From NCBI GenBank assembly GCA_964234715.1, contig OZ174276.1: 64,000 nt of DNA, one strand, 5' to 3'. Positions 1 through 13,300 of the stretch are shown here, piece after piece. Each line of letters opens with the position of its first letter. Position 1 is the first letter of the stretch. The translations under genes were made by a program, and so were the position numbers. The notes below the pieces were generated by a model that saw only the letters and a program-made list of their open reading frames with translations, had not been told where the DNA came from and searched no databases. Source of the DNA: Podarcis melisellensis. Lineage: Eukaryota.

Positions 1-227
1 AGAAGGCATGGGTAGGGTTAGTGTCTGAAATGGTGATCACCTGAGAACCCTGTGTTGACTGCCTTGAGTTCTTTCATGGATGGAAGGAAGGATATGAATG
101 TAATAAGTTAATAATAATAAAATTAATTTATTTTTAGGTTGTATATCTCCCAGCTCTCCCTTGTCTTAAACTTTATCCATTTTTCCCAAACATAAATTTT
201 GAAATATGACTGTTGTCTTTTTTTTAG

Positions 228-288
228 GGACTGTATGAAAGGAGATGAAACAGAGAACAAGAAAATTGGTTGCACTGTTAACCTTATG
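228..288 (+). CDS. DOCK3: DOCK3 exon ([20 protein letters not shown])
   Basis: tttttag|G GAC TGT ... CTT ATG|gtgag. Confidence 0.93.
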
Positions 289-3200
289 GTGAGTTTTATT
301 TTGCTTTTGTTGTTCATTCTAAAATAATTCTTTTTTCAGGTTTCAAAGTAGCAATGCAGAAAATTGCTGAATTATCCAGCAGAGAATTACTGAAGAACAA
401 CTACCTGCCTTTATTTCAAAAAATAAATAAGATTGCTTCAGTGTAATGTTCAGGTGGTTGTGTGAAACTACTGGCATAGACTAGTCAATATGTACTTTGC
501 ATGTGATGCCTTCTTGAGAAAGTGAATGTCACATTTGACTTTAAATGATTTTGAGCCAGTAGTAGTCACAAGATTATTTCTTACTTATCAATTGCTGGTG
601 CTTCTTTGATTCCCGCCAGAGAAATGTGATTAGAGATTTTTGGATCTCGAACCACAAAACAGATTTTCTCTGGAATGTTTTGGTTTACATTCAGAAAATG
701 TTGCCATGCTCTCTCAGTGCATGTGCTTGAATCACTTGTTCATAGTCATGGAATTAGTGCTTCTGAAAATCAAATGCCTAGGCGAAAAGTAACTCGCATG
801 TGCTAGGACTAGGGTTGCCAATGTGGTACCCTCCAGATGTTGGTGGACTACAACTTCTGTCATTCCTAGCTAGCGTAACCAATGATGAGGGGTGATGGGA
901 GTTGCAATATCTGGAGGGCATCATGTTGGCTACATCTGCCTAGGATTTCCTTCTGTGACCCTGCCTCTATGCTGCCAGAGAGCAGGCTGGTCATAGATTA
1001 GAGGCCCATATAAGGTGCATGCAACAAAAATACCTTATGATCCTTGATGGATGTGTAACAAAAGTGTAATTAGATAAATAGCATTTACTGGCTTATTAGG
1101 AATTTGTTGATCCTTGCAAATCTCTTGCCCACTCACTCCCCAGCTCAAGTATATAATATGAGTCCCAGTGTAACACCCTTAATGGCCTAGCTTAGAATAT
1201 ATGGTAAAAACCTGAACTAAGATTAGCATTTAATCCCCTGAAAATTGTAAATCTTAAGAGTACTTTTTCAGTGAAACTTCAGTTCAGATATAACACTACA
1301 CCATGATTTAGCATTATGAGAACAAGTCACAGCAGACCTTGGGCTTGCACGTGCTCTCTTTCTGTTGGAGGTTACCAACCATAACCGCTTCCCAAAGTGT
1401 CTAGCAGAGTTTTCCTGGCTGCAGTCGACAAGAACTATAGTCACACTCGAATGCACAGTCAGTAATTACTTTATGCAAGCATTTGGTTATACAAGCATTT
1501 TATTTTACTACTATCTACAAACTATTTACTGTCCTTCTTCCTCTCTTTGGCACAGTATACTTCCAGTCTAGTAATAAACTGTCCTGATACTGCAAACTCA
1601 TAGTATCAGCAGCACACTTTACCATACATCCAAACTCACTGTAAGCATGCGTACTAACAGCGTATGTGTGCTCTCCTTGTGCCTCAAATTGCAAACTCAA
1701 CTTCCTCCCTTTAATTGAATCTTCAGCTGAAACCAATTAAGTTTGGAGTGCCACTCCCACACATTGAAGAAACTTCTGCAATGCTTTATAAAGTTTCCAG
1801 GAACTATTAATCTGTTTCGTGAAGAATTTATTCCTAACACTTCCTGTGCAGCAGAAGGACACTGAAAACAACTGAAAACATCCACTTTTAGTTTTGAATG
1901 ATTAGCAATTTTTCATCACATCTGAACTAGGTAAACTGGTTAATTTTAGCAGTAGTTAGTTTGAACAAACCAGGATCATGCCTTGATTTCCAATCTTGAT
2001 TTGTACAGTTACAATAAATCACAGTGTATCAAGTTCAAACTTAACTTTGGATTATTCAAAACTAAAAGTGGGAAGGTATTGGTGTTCTCCCCTAAATTCA
2101 TGAAAGTAGATTATATGGTGGGCGGACTGGCACATAAGCTCAGCGCTCACCAAGCTAAAACATGGTATAGCACTATGTAGCCAGAGTGATAACTGCTTAA
2201 GTCTCTAAAGATATACTAAACAATGAAAGTGGTTTTCTGAATTTTTTTATTTCCATTAGAACTTTTATAAATCTGAAATTAATAAGGAAGAAATGTATAT
2301 TCGCTACATCCACAAGTTGTGTGATATGCACTTGCAGGCTGAAAACTACACAGGTAAGTATGGAAGGAAGCTTTCTTCAAATATTCTCTATTGTCATCTT
2401 CAAATGTGTATTTTAAATCCTTTGTGGTTTAATTGCACTTAGAAAAGAAGTTAAGTAATATTTTAAATTGCAAATATTTAAATCAAGCCTTGGTCACATG
2501 GCATATGCATATAATAACATGCTACTGTTACTTGAACAACATCACAGTGATCAGTATTAACTTTTCTTACTATAGCAGATCCTGTATGAGTGAGCAAGGG
2601 AGTTAAAATCAAAAGCATGTGTATCATGTTTTCAAAGGGTGCTTTGATGACTTTGGAAAATGCCACAGTTCTGAATTTCTGTAAGCACTTTTGAACTGAT
2701 TGTCCTTTTCATTCATTTAAATCACCGTCGTATCTACATAAAAATATGTAGCACAGAAGCAATATGTTCAACAATGAGACCATTTGTACGGATCCTGCTA
2801 ATTTACTACTATATTTAGTTTCTTAAATAATTGAGAATTGTGAAGATTTCATAACTTTAATCAAGATAAATAAATGATAACAATATGAAAAAGCAATAGA
2901 TAAATAAGGCAAGACGTGATTTATATTAGTTCAAGACTTACGTGTTAATTTGGGAGTTAATTACTTTCGTGACAATGAGTTCATTGATTCGCATTTCTTA
3001 GAGTCAAGCTCTCTGATGTGCTGAGGATTAGAATTTTTTACTGAACTTGTTTTCTTGCAGTGGTCATGATCACGTGCATAATATTGTGTTTGAACTGAAA
3101 TGCATTTGAATATTTTTGTTCACTGTTTATTCCTTTGCTATTTCGACAGAGGCTGCCTTTACATTGCTCTTATACTGTGAGCTGCTTCAGTGGGAAGAGA

Positions 3201-4312
3201 GGCCTCTTCGGGAGTTCCTGCACTACCCTTCTCAGACAGAGTGGCAGCGTAAAGAAAACCTTTGCCGAAAAATTATCCACTATTTTAATAAAGGGAAGGT
3301 ATGCAAAAAATAATGCTAATTTTTCTGTAGCTTCATTGTTATTTTTGGATAGAAGTATGGATAGAAGTAGATGGTATAGAAAATGCCTGACTCCCCCCCC
3401 CCCTTTTGTGTGTGTGTCTATATTCAATCCTTGGGGTCACAAACTATTAAAGTTTTCAACTCTTGAGTTGTAAGTCTTATCTGTCTGAAAATCCAACTTG
3501 GCCTGAGTTTTTCGCTTTCCTGTTTCAGAGCTGGGAATTCGGAATCCCATTGTGCAGAGAGCTTGCTATTCAATATGAAAGCTTATATGATTATCAAAGC
3601 CTCAGCTGGATTCGGGTAGGTGGAAATTATATTGATTTGTAGTTAATAATTTAACAGTAAGCAAGATTGCACTCTAATGTTCAGGTGATTTAAATGAAAA
3701 GTACTTGCACACAGCATCTTTCCTATGAAAAAACAGGGTCCTCTATAGATTTATATTCCTAGTATACGTGACTAATAATTTTGGTGTTTCACAGGATCAT
3801 AGTTTACTTCTTAATGTGTTTTGAAAATCTTTGATGGACAGCACCAAATGATACCAAAGTGTTTTCAGACGGTTATTCCTGTTGTAACAGTAATTGCACT
3901 TCCAGTATGTTTTTTTAAAATTTCTATTCACAGAAAATGGAAGCTACCTATTATGATAATATAATGGAACAGCAACGGTTGGAGCCTGAATTTTTCAGAG
4001 TTGGCTTTTATGGAAGGAAATTTCCCTTCTTCCTTCGGGTAAACCCATTCAACATTTGCATTAATGTATGAATTATACGTGCAATTTACAAATAAAGGAG
4101 TTTTGTGTACAATTGATTTTTATTTATTTGTTGACAAGTAGGAAATATCTGCTAGGTTTTTGTTCAGGTTAGTTTCAAAGCAGATTGCTGTTTACTTCAA
4201 TGCAGCGGTAAAGAACAGGTTTTCACAGTGAAAGTGTTGGGGGAGGGGGAGCACTTGCACACAGAGCTTTATCCTGTGAACTGCCCTGAGACCTACGGGT
4301 ATAGGGCAGTAT

Positions 4313-4366
<54 letters not shown>

Positions 4367-7300
4367 TCATTATTATTATTGTGGACCTATGCCTAGAAAG
4401 CAGCACAAAAGGAAGTCTGAATTAGTCTTTAGTTGACCTCCCTGAACTGTATATAAGATTTTATTGTTGATGCTGTTATGTTGCTTAACATTATTATACA
4501 TAACTTAACCTGACATGAGTGATGATTAGGGCCAGGCTTGAAATCCTTTAAATAAATCAATAGCATTTAAACATTTTTTTGTGGATCACTCAATGCTTTG
4601 GTTTACCATATCGTCACACAAGAGTATTATTTTCAATTAATTTTCTGTTACCTACAATGAAAAGAAAGCTAAGATGACATAGTAGGGATTTACTGGCTTC
4701 CACACTTCTTTCTTTCCTTTGTAGAACAAAGAGTATGTTTGCCGAGGCCATGACTATGAGAGATTGGAGGCCTTCCAACAAAGAATGCTCAGTGAATTCC
4801 CACAAGCCATTGCAATGCAGCATCCAAACCACCCAGATGACAGCATCTTGCAATGTGATGCCCAGTGTATCCTTTATCAATGTTTATGATGTTAATAAAG
4901 CAGCTACAAATAGACATCAGAATGTTGATCTTGTTCACCGTTTCCCTTTTAGATGTTGAGGAAAATTAAGCACAGAAGTGTTTCTTTTCATTATCATTGA
5001 ATGAAAATCAAATCAAAATCAAAATCAACTAATTGTTAGTTGAGTTGTGCGAGCACTAGATTACAGAGGAGCATTCCTGTGAAATGAGGGACACCCATAA
5101 AGCTGGACTGCTACCTTTGTCAACTTTCCCCTAGTTCATGATGAATTTTTTTTTAAAAAAAAATTAAGGTTGTCACATGCATTACCCTATCTTCATTCAG
5201 GTACACAAAGCAACAACAAGTTCTTCTTGATGAGGAATAGTTTTAGAACTAAAACAGCGTAGATGTATGCTCTGTGATATTACTGTAGTATTAAAAGCAA
5301 ATTAGAGATGAGGTAAGGAGTTCAGAGCATAACATGAACATTCACAGTTCCAGTTAAGAAACCGGCTGCCAGATTAGTGTCATAGTAAGAGGGACCCAAA
5401 CTGAAATTGTTTAATTGCAAGATAGTTAATGTCTTTAAATAATTTTAAAAAGCAATACCTCATTTTGATTTTCCAGCCTTTTGCAGCCCCATGTTCCTTA
5501 ATGGAGCCACTAATTCCTCTGCTTTGAAGCACCAAGGCATGGAAAGAAAATGGATCTTGAATTTAATATAATATTGGCCTAGATAAGTTGGTAATGCTAC
5601 ATTAACAGCAATCACATGTTACAGATTTACATAACTGCTAAAATGATGTGATTCAAATAGCTAGATAAATGAGTGAAACTTTATTCCTTAAAGCCATAGG
5701 AGACCACAATATAAATACAAGAAACAAACAGTAATTTTGACATATTCAACAGCTGCTTGAATTTCCATCATAGAAAGTTGCTGGCAATTGGGCCTTCCCA
5801 ATAAGGTATAGGCATCGCTTTAAAATATATTTTAAAGGATATGCAACAAGAGTCTGTAATTTGTATCTGCTGCTAGTGTCATAAATGAGACTTACCTGGA
5901 TGCTCTTGTTTGGTGCCTATGTGTTTGCTTGGTTTTTTCTTTGACTGGACTGTGTTGCAGATTTGCAGATCTATGCAGTGACTCCCATTCCAGATAATAT
6001 TGATGTGCTGCAAATGGACCGTGTCCCTGATCGCATAAAGAGCTTTTATAGAGTTAACAACATCAGGAAGTTCCGATATGACAGACCTTTCCATAAAGGC
6101 CCAAAAGACAAGGAAAATGAATTTAAGGTTGAATTCTCTGTAATATGGCAGCATTGTCTTTATATGAAGCACTTGCTAAATCGAAATGAGTCCTGTGTCA
6201 AAAAGAATATTAGGAAAAAACTTTGAAAGTTGATAAAACCAAATAATTCAATCCTATGCATTTCTTATTGGAAATAAACCTTGCTGAACTACATGGAGTA
6301 GATATGCATGAAATTGTGCTTTAAATGATTCAAAATGTACTAAAGTATATTCATGAGTATACTTCTGTGTTCTGCAGAAGAAACGTAATCCATGTCGTGT
6401 TCTGCAGCCTGTGTACTGTTCTTCCCTGCACAACAGAATTCTAACTTTTCTTGGGAGCAACCTAAATAGGAGCTTTTGAAGTGGCTAATAAAAATAGGCC
6501 CAGGAGCAGCTGCTTGAAACGCTAAAAAATGAAAGGTTTCATACTGTTGTTTAAAAAAAAAAGTAGCATTGGAATGTAATGGTTTTTTATGTTTTCCTCC
6601 AGTATATTAAACTGCTTAAACCATGGACTTTATCGAGTCCAGTATGTTAAGAATATTGTATGCTTAGGAATCACTTTTTCCCTCAGTTGTTTCTTCCTTC
6701 ATCCTCCCTTCTTGTGAGTGACCAAACAAATGTGGAAGTCTTCCATTAACTATCATTTCCCAATTTTGGTTGAACCACCTGATATTAATTTTAGAAAATT
6801 AAGCCACAACATCAAGTTAGTTTAATATCCTGAAACCATTAACCGTGGTTTTCTGGTTTCCAGAAAAAACAGAAACTATACTTAATGGAAGACTGCCTGG
6901 TTTGTTTGCCAACTTGCAGAAACGGTGGAGTGAAAAAGTTGCATAGGCGACCAAAATGTTCATTTATTCCCCAGTTTGTTGAGCTGAGGTAGGATTGTCT
7001 GAATGTGGCCAATGGATTTTGCATTTTCTATATATTGTTATGTTTCTTGCTTTGCAGAGTTTATGGATTGAACGCACAACTCTAACCCTGACTCACAGTT
7101 TACCTGGCATCTCTCGGTGGTTTGAAGTGGAGAGAAGAGAACTGGTAACATGTATTATACTTAAGGAGTGAATGGCTAGCTAAAATGAAAAGAATGAGCA
7201 ACTTTCTGCCTATTGGCATCTCTATGGGTTAAACATGTATGTTATATATCTTACTGCTACAATAAGAATAGCAGTACCAAGCGTTCAAAGAGGGCCTGTC

Positions 7301-10263
7301 AGCTGTTCACAGTCAGTATGTTAGATATTGTAGTGGCTAGACAACTGGTTTAAACACCCATGCTGCAAATCAGTGACATATGTCAGATGGATGTGTAATG
7401 GACTTTGAAGTGGTTAATATGGGGAGGGGAGGATGACCTTAACTGCTCAGTTTGCAGTCCACCTTTGGTTCTGCTCTCCACGCAACACACAAGAGACTTG
7501 GCTGCCTTCTCAACGTAGCTCTCTACTGCTCTCATACATGAGACGATACTAGCTTCTAGAGAGCTGTGTGGCACACTAAGCCCTAAGGCCTGTACCAAGA
7601 GAAGGACCCTTCCCAGGGCTCCACCAAGAAAGAGAAACTAAAACATGCAGGCTCTTAACAAAACGTTACAGTACAGGAATGTTGATGGTATTGAAGTGGA
7701 CTCTGGTGTCTTGCAGGTTGAAGTCAGCCCTTTGGAAAATGCCATTCAAGTAGTGGAGAACAAAAACCAGGAGCTAAGGACGCTGATAAGCCAGTACCAA
7801 CACAAACAGATGCATGGGAATATCAATCTGCTCAGTATGTGCCTGAATGGAGTAATTGATGCTGCTGTGAATGGTGGCATAGCACGCTATCAGGAGGTAA
7901 ATGGAGGTTGACTCTGTTTTGTTTTGTTGTTAGCAGCTCTTCGCAGTACCATTTTTTTTCAGTTGCATTGAATTTTAAAATATGAAAGAGCATAAGAAAT
8001 TGTGTCCAATTTTCTTTACAAGATGGAATTTTATTAAAATTGTGCCTAACTGTTGGTCTACATTCTGATCTAGACAGCCACAAACATTTTATGTTGGGGG
8101 GGGGTGAACATTCTGCATAAGCAAGTGGTCATAATGTAAAATACTGAAAATACTGAATTTTAGGAAGCTAATATAGTGAGTGATACCTTAGAAAGCCTTG
8201 AAATTCATTCCCTTATTAATGCTGAACATTTGTTCTAAATATATATATATATAAGAATTATCTTTGTCTTCACTAAATTTCAACAGAAGCATAGGCTTAA
8301 AGGGACTTCTGCTCTGCAGTTTGGTTGGCAGATACTGGTTAAAAATGCATGTTGCTAAAACTACATTTATAAAATATGTTGACCTACATTTCTGGGTCAT
8401 CTGCGCCATGCAGACCCAAGAAACACACTTCACCTTTTATATTATTAATTTCTGATGTTTCTCATTTCCCACAGCTGCTGAAGATAAACAAATAACAGAA
8501 AGTATAAAAAATTCAAGACATGGTCTAAGAGTGATGCAGTGATTATATTAGGTCAGGTTTATTTTAAGGTCCTGGAAAGGTCTTCCCAGCACTACTCAAC
8601 AGCAATTACTTTGTATAAGAAGGGATTGTTTTTGCTGTTTGTCTTCACTGTTGAGTTCTGAACCCATGCTCCTAAGGAGGATTGCACCAACAGCATAACA
8701 ACTACTTTTTTGTTTTCTGTTATGCTAATATAAGAAGAGAAGACAAAGTATGAAACAGGGTAGAAAAGGGAAGGAGGAGAGCAAGGGGGGGAGAGAACAG
8801 AGAAAATAGGAAGGCAACCGTACATGGTGAAATATTTTAAATGGGTCCCGTGTTGCAGGTAGAAGTGAATCCAAAGTCTGAAAATGAATTGACTAGGCCA
8901 TTAAAATGGTGCTGTGACTGCATGTATATTCTATAATACTAGAGGAGATTAAGTAAATGGTGTTTCTCTGTTTCTTAGTGGTAGAGCACCCTATGTTTCT
9001 ATTAGGGTCTTTTCTTTCTTGTGGTTAGTAAGAAACTTTTTATTGAATTTCTAAGTGGGGAAAAAATGTCTTCTTTCCCCAGGCTTTCTTCGATAGAGAT
9101 TATATTACTACTCACCCAGGAGATGCAGAAAAAATCACGCAGCTGAAAGAGCTGATGCATGAACAGGTATCCCCAGACTTTTAAAGATGAAGGAATATTA
9201 TTGTAATAACATTTTATTTCCTCAACAATATATCCAGTAACAAAGATTCCATAGGCTTAGGCTACAATGCTTACACTACTTAATTTGGGAATAAACCTCA
9301 CTGAATTCAATAGGACATCTCAGTAGACATGACTACTATTGTACTCTAATTCAGTCTTTAAGATGAAGAAGTTTACATTGTGCTCAATGTAAATTTTTCT
9401 TCTAAGACTTTTTTCCAGGACTTAACATTTCACTGACCTAAAATGAAAAGAGAAACCTAAGTTAGTCTACAGGTAGATTCTGAATACATCCGTTTCCATG
9501 TAAAAATATTTAAAAGTGAAAATTCTGGTGATTTCAGTCATTTTTCCCTCCTTCACTCCATTAAAGTATTTTATCCAAACTAGGGGAAATGTTAAAAAAT
9601 TTCATGATCAGTGTCTTGTCTACATTGCTCCCACAATCTTAATTTATGTAAAAGCTTAACATGGTAGTGGCCTTTTGTAATTATTTTCACTGGCGGAACA
9701 CTAGTTCCAAAGCGGTCGGTGTGATGATTAGAACTGGATGCCTACCCTAGGTGTTAATTCAAGGAAAATAAATCAGTCTGTCTTGGTGAAAGTGTTGTGG
9801 CTCAGTGGAAGAGCACTTGATTTACATGTGTGGTGTAACACGGGTTGAATCCCAATCATCTCCGTTTAAGAGAGTCTGAGAAGAGCACACCCACCTAGTC
9901 TGATACCCTGGGGGTATAATCACTTTCCCCCCCTTTCCTGTAATTATTTCTTCTCTGTGTAAGTTAAGCTTTACTACAGAGGAGCTTTACTACAGAACAG
10001 AAACCGGATTTAACAATGTTTTTAAAAAGAAACTGGAACAAGCAGGAAGAGGATCAGATTTCCTCTTAGCTTAGCGTTTCCTGCTTTTAGCAGTAGGCAG
10101 AGACAACTTCCATGTGGATGTATCCTGACTCGCAAATAGAAACACCCTTTAGGTGAGTGCCAATGGTACCCTCTAGCTAGCAGTCAGATACTTGGGGAAA
10201 TTTTTAACTCATTATCGCTCACCAGAGCCTAAGTTAGCTCTCATGTATGCTTGTACACAAAGT

Positions 10264-10322
<59 letters not shown>

Positions 10323-13300
10323 CACTAGTTACAGTGTATGTGAAAATCACACAGCACTGAAAGTGCCTGGATCCTTGTGGTCTACAAAATTGGTCTGGCA
10401 AAGTTTGGACACCTTACCCTGTTTGAGAAAAGACTCCATAGTGCTAAATGGTGTTATGTGAAATGTTATGATTAATTCTATACTGCCTTTTGGCTAAAAA
10501 AAAAAAGGCCCCCATGGTGGATCACAAAGGATAATAAAAAGATAATTAAAGGGAAAGGGGGGGATCCAACTAAGAAAAATGTAAAACAAAATTGTAAGTA
10601 TTGATGAAGCTGTTCTCCTGATTTTGAAAAACTTCATTGATATCTGCCAGTTCTCTATTAGTCTAGCTTAGGGTTGCCATATTTCAAAAAGTGAAAATCT
10701 GGACACAAAAGTTGTTGAGATCTTGATTTTTTGCATGATCTCAACAACAACAAAATTTGAGCTATTTTAAAGGGAATTTGCCAAAATCTACCCTTCCAAC
10801 ACTGTTTCTGACAGCCGAATCCCAGCTATGTCAAGGGAATTCTGGATGTATGGCAACTCTAGTCTAGCCACAACTGCCATCACTTCAAATTCACATTCTT
10901 GCTATTACAACATTTGCAGGAAGAGATGGCCAGGAATCATATGAGTGGTTGTTAGGCAATCAACTACATGCTCTCTAATGTTTCGTGCTATAATCTGAAA
11001 AAAAGATTTAGTGAGCATGAATGATTTAGCTAAACTAAGCTACAAGTATTTAGAGACAGTTACCCTTCAGTGAATGAGTGGTATATAGAACATTATTTTG
11101 AAGTCTTTCTTAGGCTGCATGTATAGGCTTTGATTTTATTTTTAATAGGTACATATATTAGGAGTGGGTCTTGCAGTACATGAGAAGTTTGTACATCCAG
11201 AGATGCGCCCTCTTCATAAGAAACTAATTGACCAGTTCCAGATGATGCGATCCAGTTTGTACCATGTAAGTAGATAAACACTTTTCTTTCTTTCTTTCTT
11301 TCTCTTTTTTCACAGTTCACAGCAGTATTTTGAATTCTTCCATTATGGCATAGACATGTGAACTGGAAAATGCTGAATGAGTACAAAATGAATTCTTCAG
11401 CAAAAATAAATTAGATATCCAGAAAAATATGAGGAAATGAACATCTGGATTTTTCATTTGTCTAGGCATTGCTCACATCATTTGAATCACATATGATCTT
11501 TTAAAATGGGTACAAAAAAACTACACATTGCTTGAAATGCTATGATTAGGGATCTTTTAATCTGAGGATGCAATTTGAAAATAAAGCCTCAAGGAAAATT
11601 TGCTGGAAGAAGGTTATTTTAAATTGGAAATTGCCACAAGGGGAAAGGATAAAAGCCCCTCTTCCCCCGTACTAGTTTTTCATCTTCAAATTGCAATTTG
11701 AATTGCAATCTCAGCAACTGTATTTTGGGGTTTTTTACTCCCTTAAAAGAATAACAGCAGAGTACATAATGTATAGTTCTGCCTTCAGTCGCTTGCTTAA
11801 AATAGGATATAAATAAATGTGTGCTTTTAAGCGTTACTCAAGGGCAGAGTACACAGTGAAAGGAGAAGTAAATAATGTAGTGTTAGAAATCCATTTTGTA
11901 TAAAAGCCTGCATCAAAGCTAGACATGTGTACTTCACATCTTTCTGATTTGGGAACCATTACTATCCATCTGTATATTGATGGTTCATTATTGATGATGA
12001 CAAAAGTATTAGCTATAACGATACATAGAAAAAGTCTCATAGATTGCATTTGCTGAGATATGAGTGAGGCTTATGGCATACAACTCCTTTCCTCCTCCCT
12101 TTGCACAAGCCAGCAACAGATCAGAAAAATCTTCAGTTAGCTATCATTTCCCATTTCATCCAGAGTGGAACCAACCAGGATATTAAGCCATGGGCTACAC
12201 TTGCACATTATGCTAAATCGTTGCTTAGTAGTACTATGTGTGTGAGCAGGAAGGAACCTGAGTGAAGACTCAGAATTGTATGCTCCCCTCTCCTCTTGTG
12301 TGGCCAGGAGAGGAACTTTGCTAATTTTACAGAATGTCAGCTTTCACAGAACTGTGGTTTAAAACAAATTTCTGGCCAGCTTCTAAGCAAGCGTACTTCA
12401 TACCATGGATTATGAAGCTGCTTTGTAACTAATCAGAGCTTGTTTTAAACCACAGTCTCTGGTTCATACATACCGTATTTTTCCGTCTATAAGACACCCC
12501 CATGTATAAGGACACCCCCCCCTATTTTGGGAGACTCAATTTTAAGAAAATGAGGGGAGATGGCCCAAAGTTGTTGAGCTTCTCCCCCACGCAGCTGCGT
12601 GCAGGAAACACTCACTAGATCATTTCCCGCTCACTGCTGCATTGGGGAAAGTTGAGCTCCCGCCAACCAGCTGGCTGGCAGGCGCGCCGCTTCTCCCCCC
12701 CCCCCGCCCCCGCCCCCCATTGCCACTATCCATGTGTATTGTTTGTCAGGACTGGTCATTGTCCTCTTCAGATCACCACACAAACGCTTCTTGTTCTTTT
12801 ATAACTTTTTATTGCTTATTAACAAAACAATCTTATAAACGGTTCTTAAATATCATTCCTCAGAGTCACTTCTTTCAGATACCTTCTGAGCTCTGCTTCT
12901 CCGTGACCAGCCACCCTCAAAATGGCGAAGGCGCCCTTCCCTTCGCTTTCCCGCTCTTTTTTCTAACCTCCTGGCTAGAGCTGGCCTATATCTCCCCTCC
13001 TCTAAATCTGAGCTAGAACTTAACCCTTGGCTTTCCTCTGAACAGCCAGTCCCTCCCTGTTGTTCCTCTTGCTCTCTTCTATTAGATTCACTGCTCTCCT
13101 TCCCCCCCTTGGGGAATGCTTTCTCCCTCTGAGAAACTGGAAACTCTTCCCTGACATTGGTTGACCCCAGTTTTTTGACACAGTTTTTGAGTCAAAAAAC
13201 CTCGTCTGATACACGGGAAAATACGGTAATGCCAAGCCAGAATTCTGTGATATTGAAAGCAGATGCTAGTTGTACAGGGACAGACAACAAGAAGGGTAAC

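Noticed and set aside
10192-10461. ORFs with FFLS repeats here and poly-Leu at 17383-17634
   Set aside because: Translations of (TTTC)n and (TTA)n microsatellites.
9167-11148. Donor GTATCCCC resembling a second U12 intron
   Set aside because: Lacks the TT of GTATCCTT, has a typical CAG|GT U2 context, a normal pyrimidine tract and no U12 branch motif near the acceptor.
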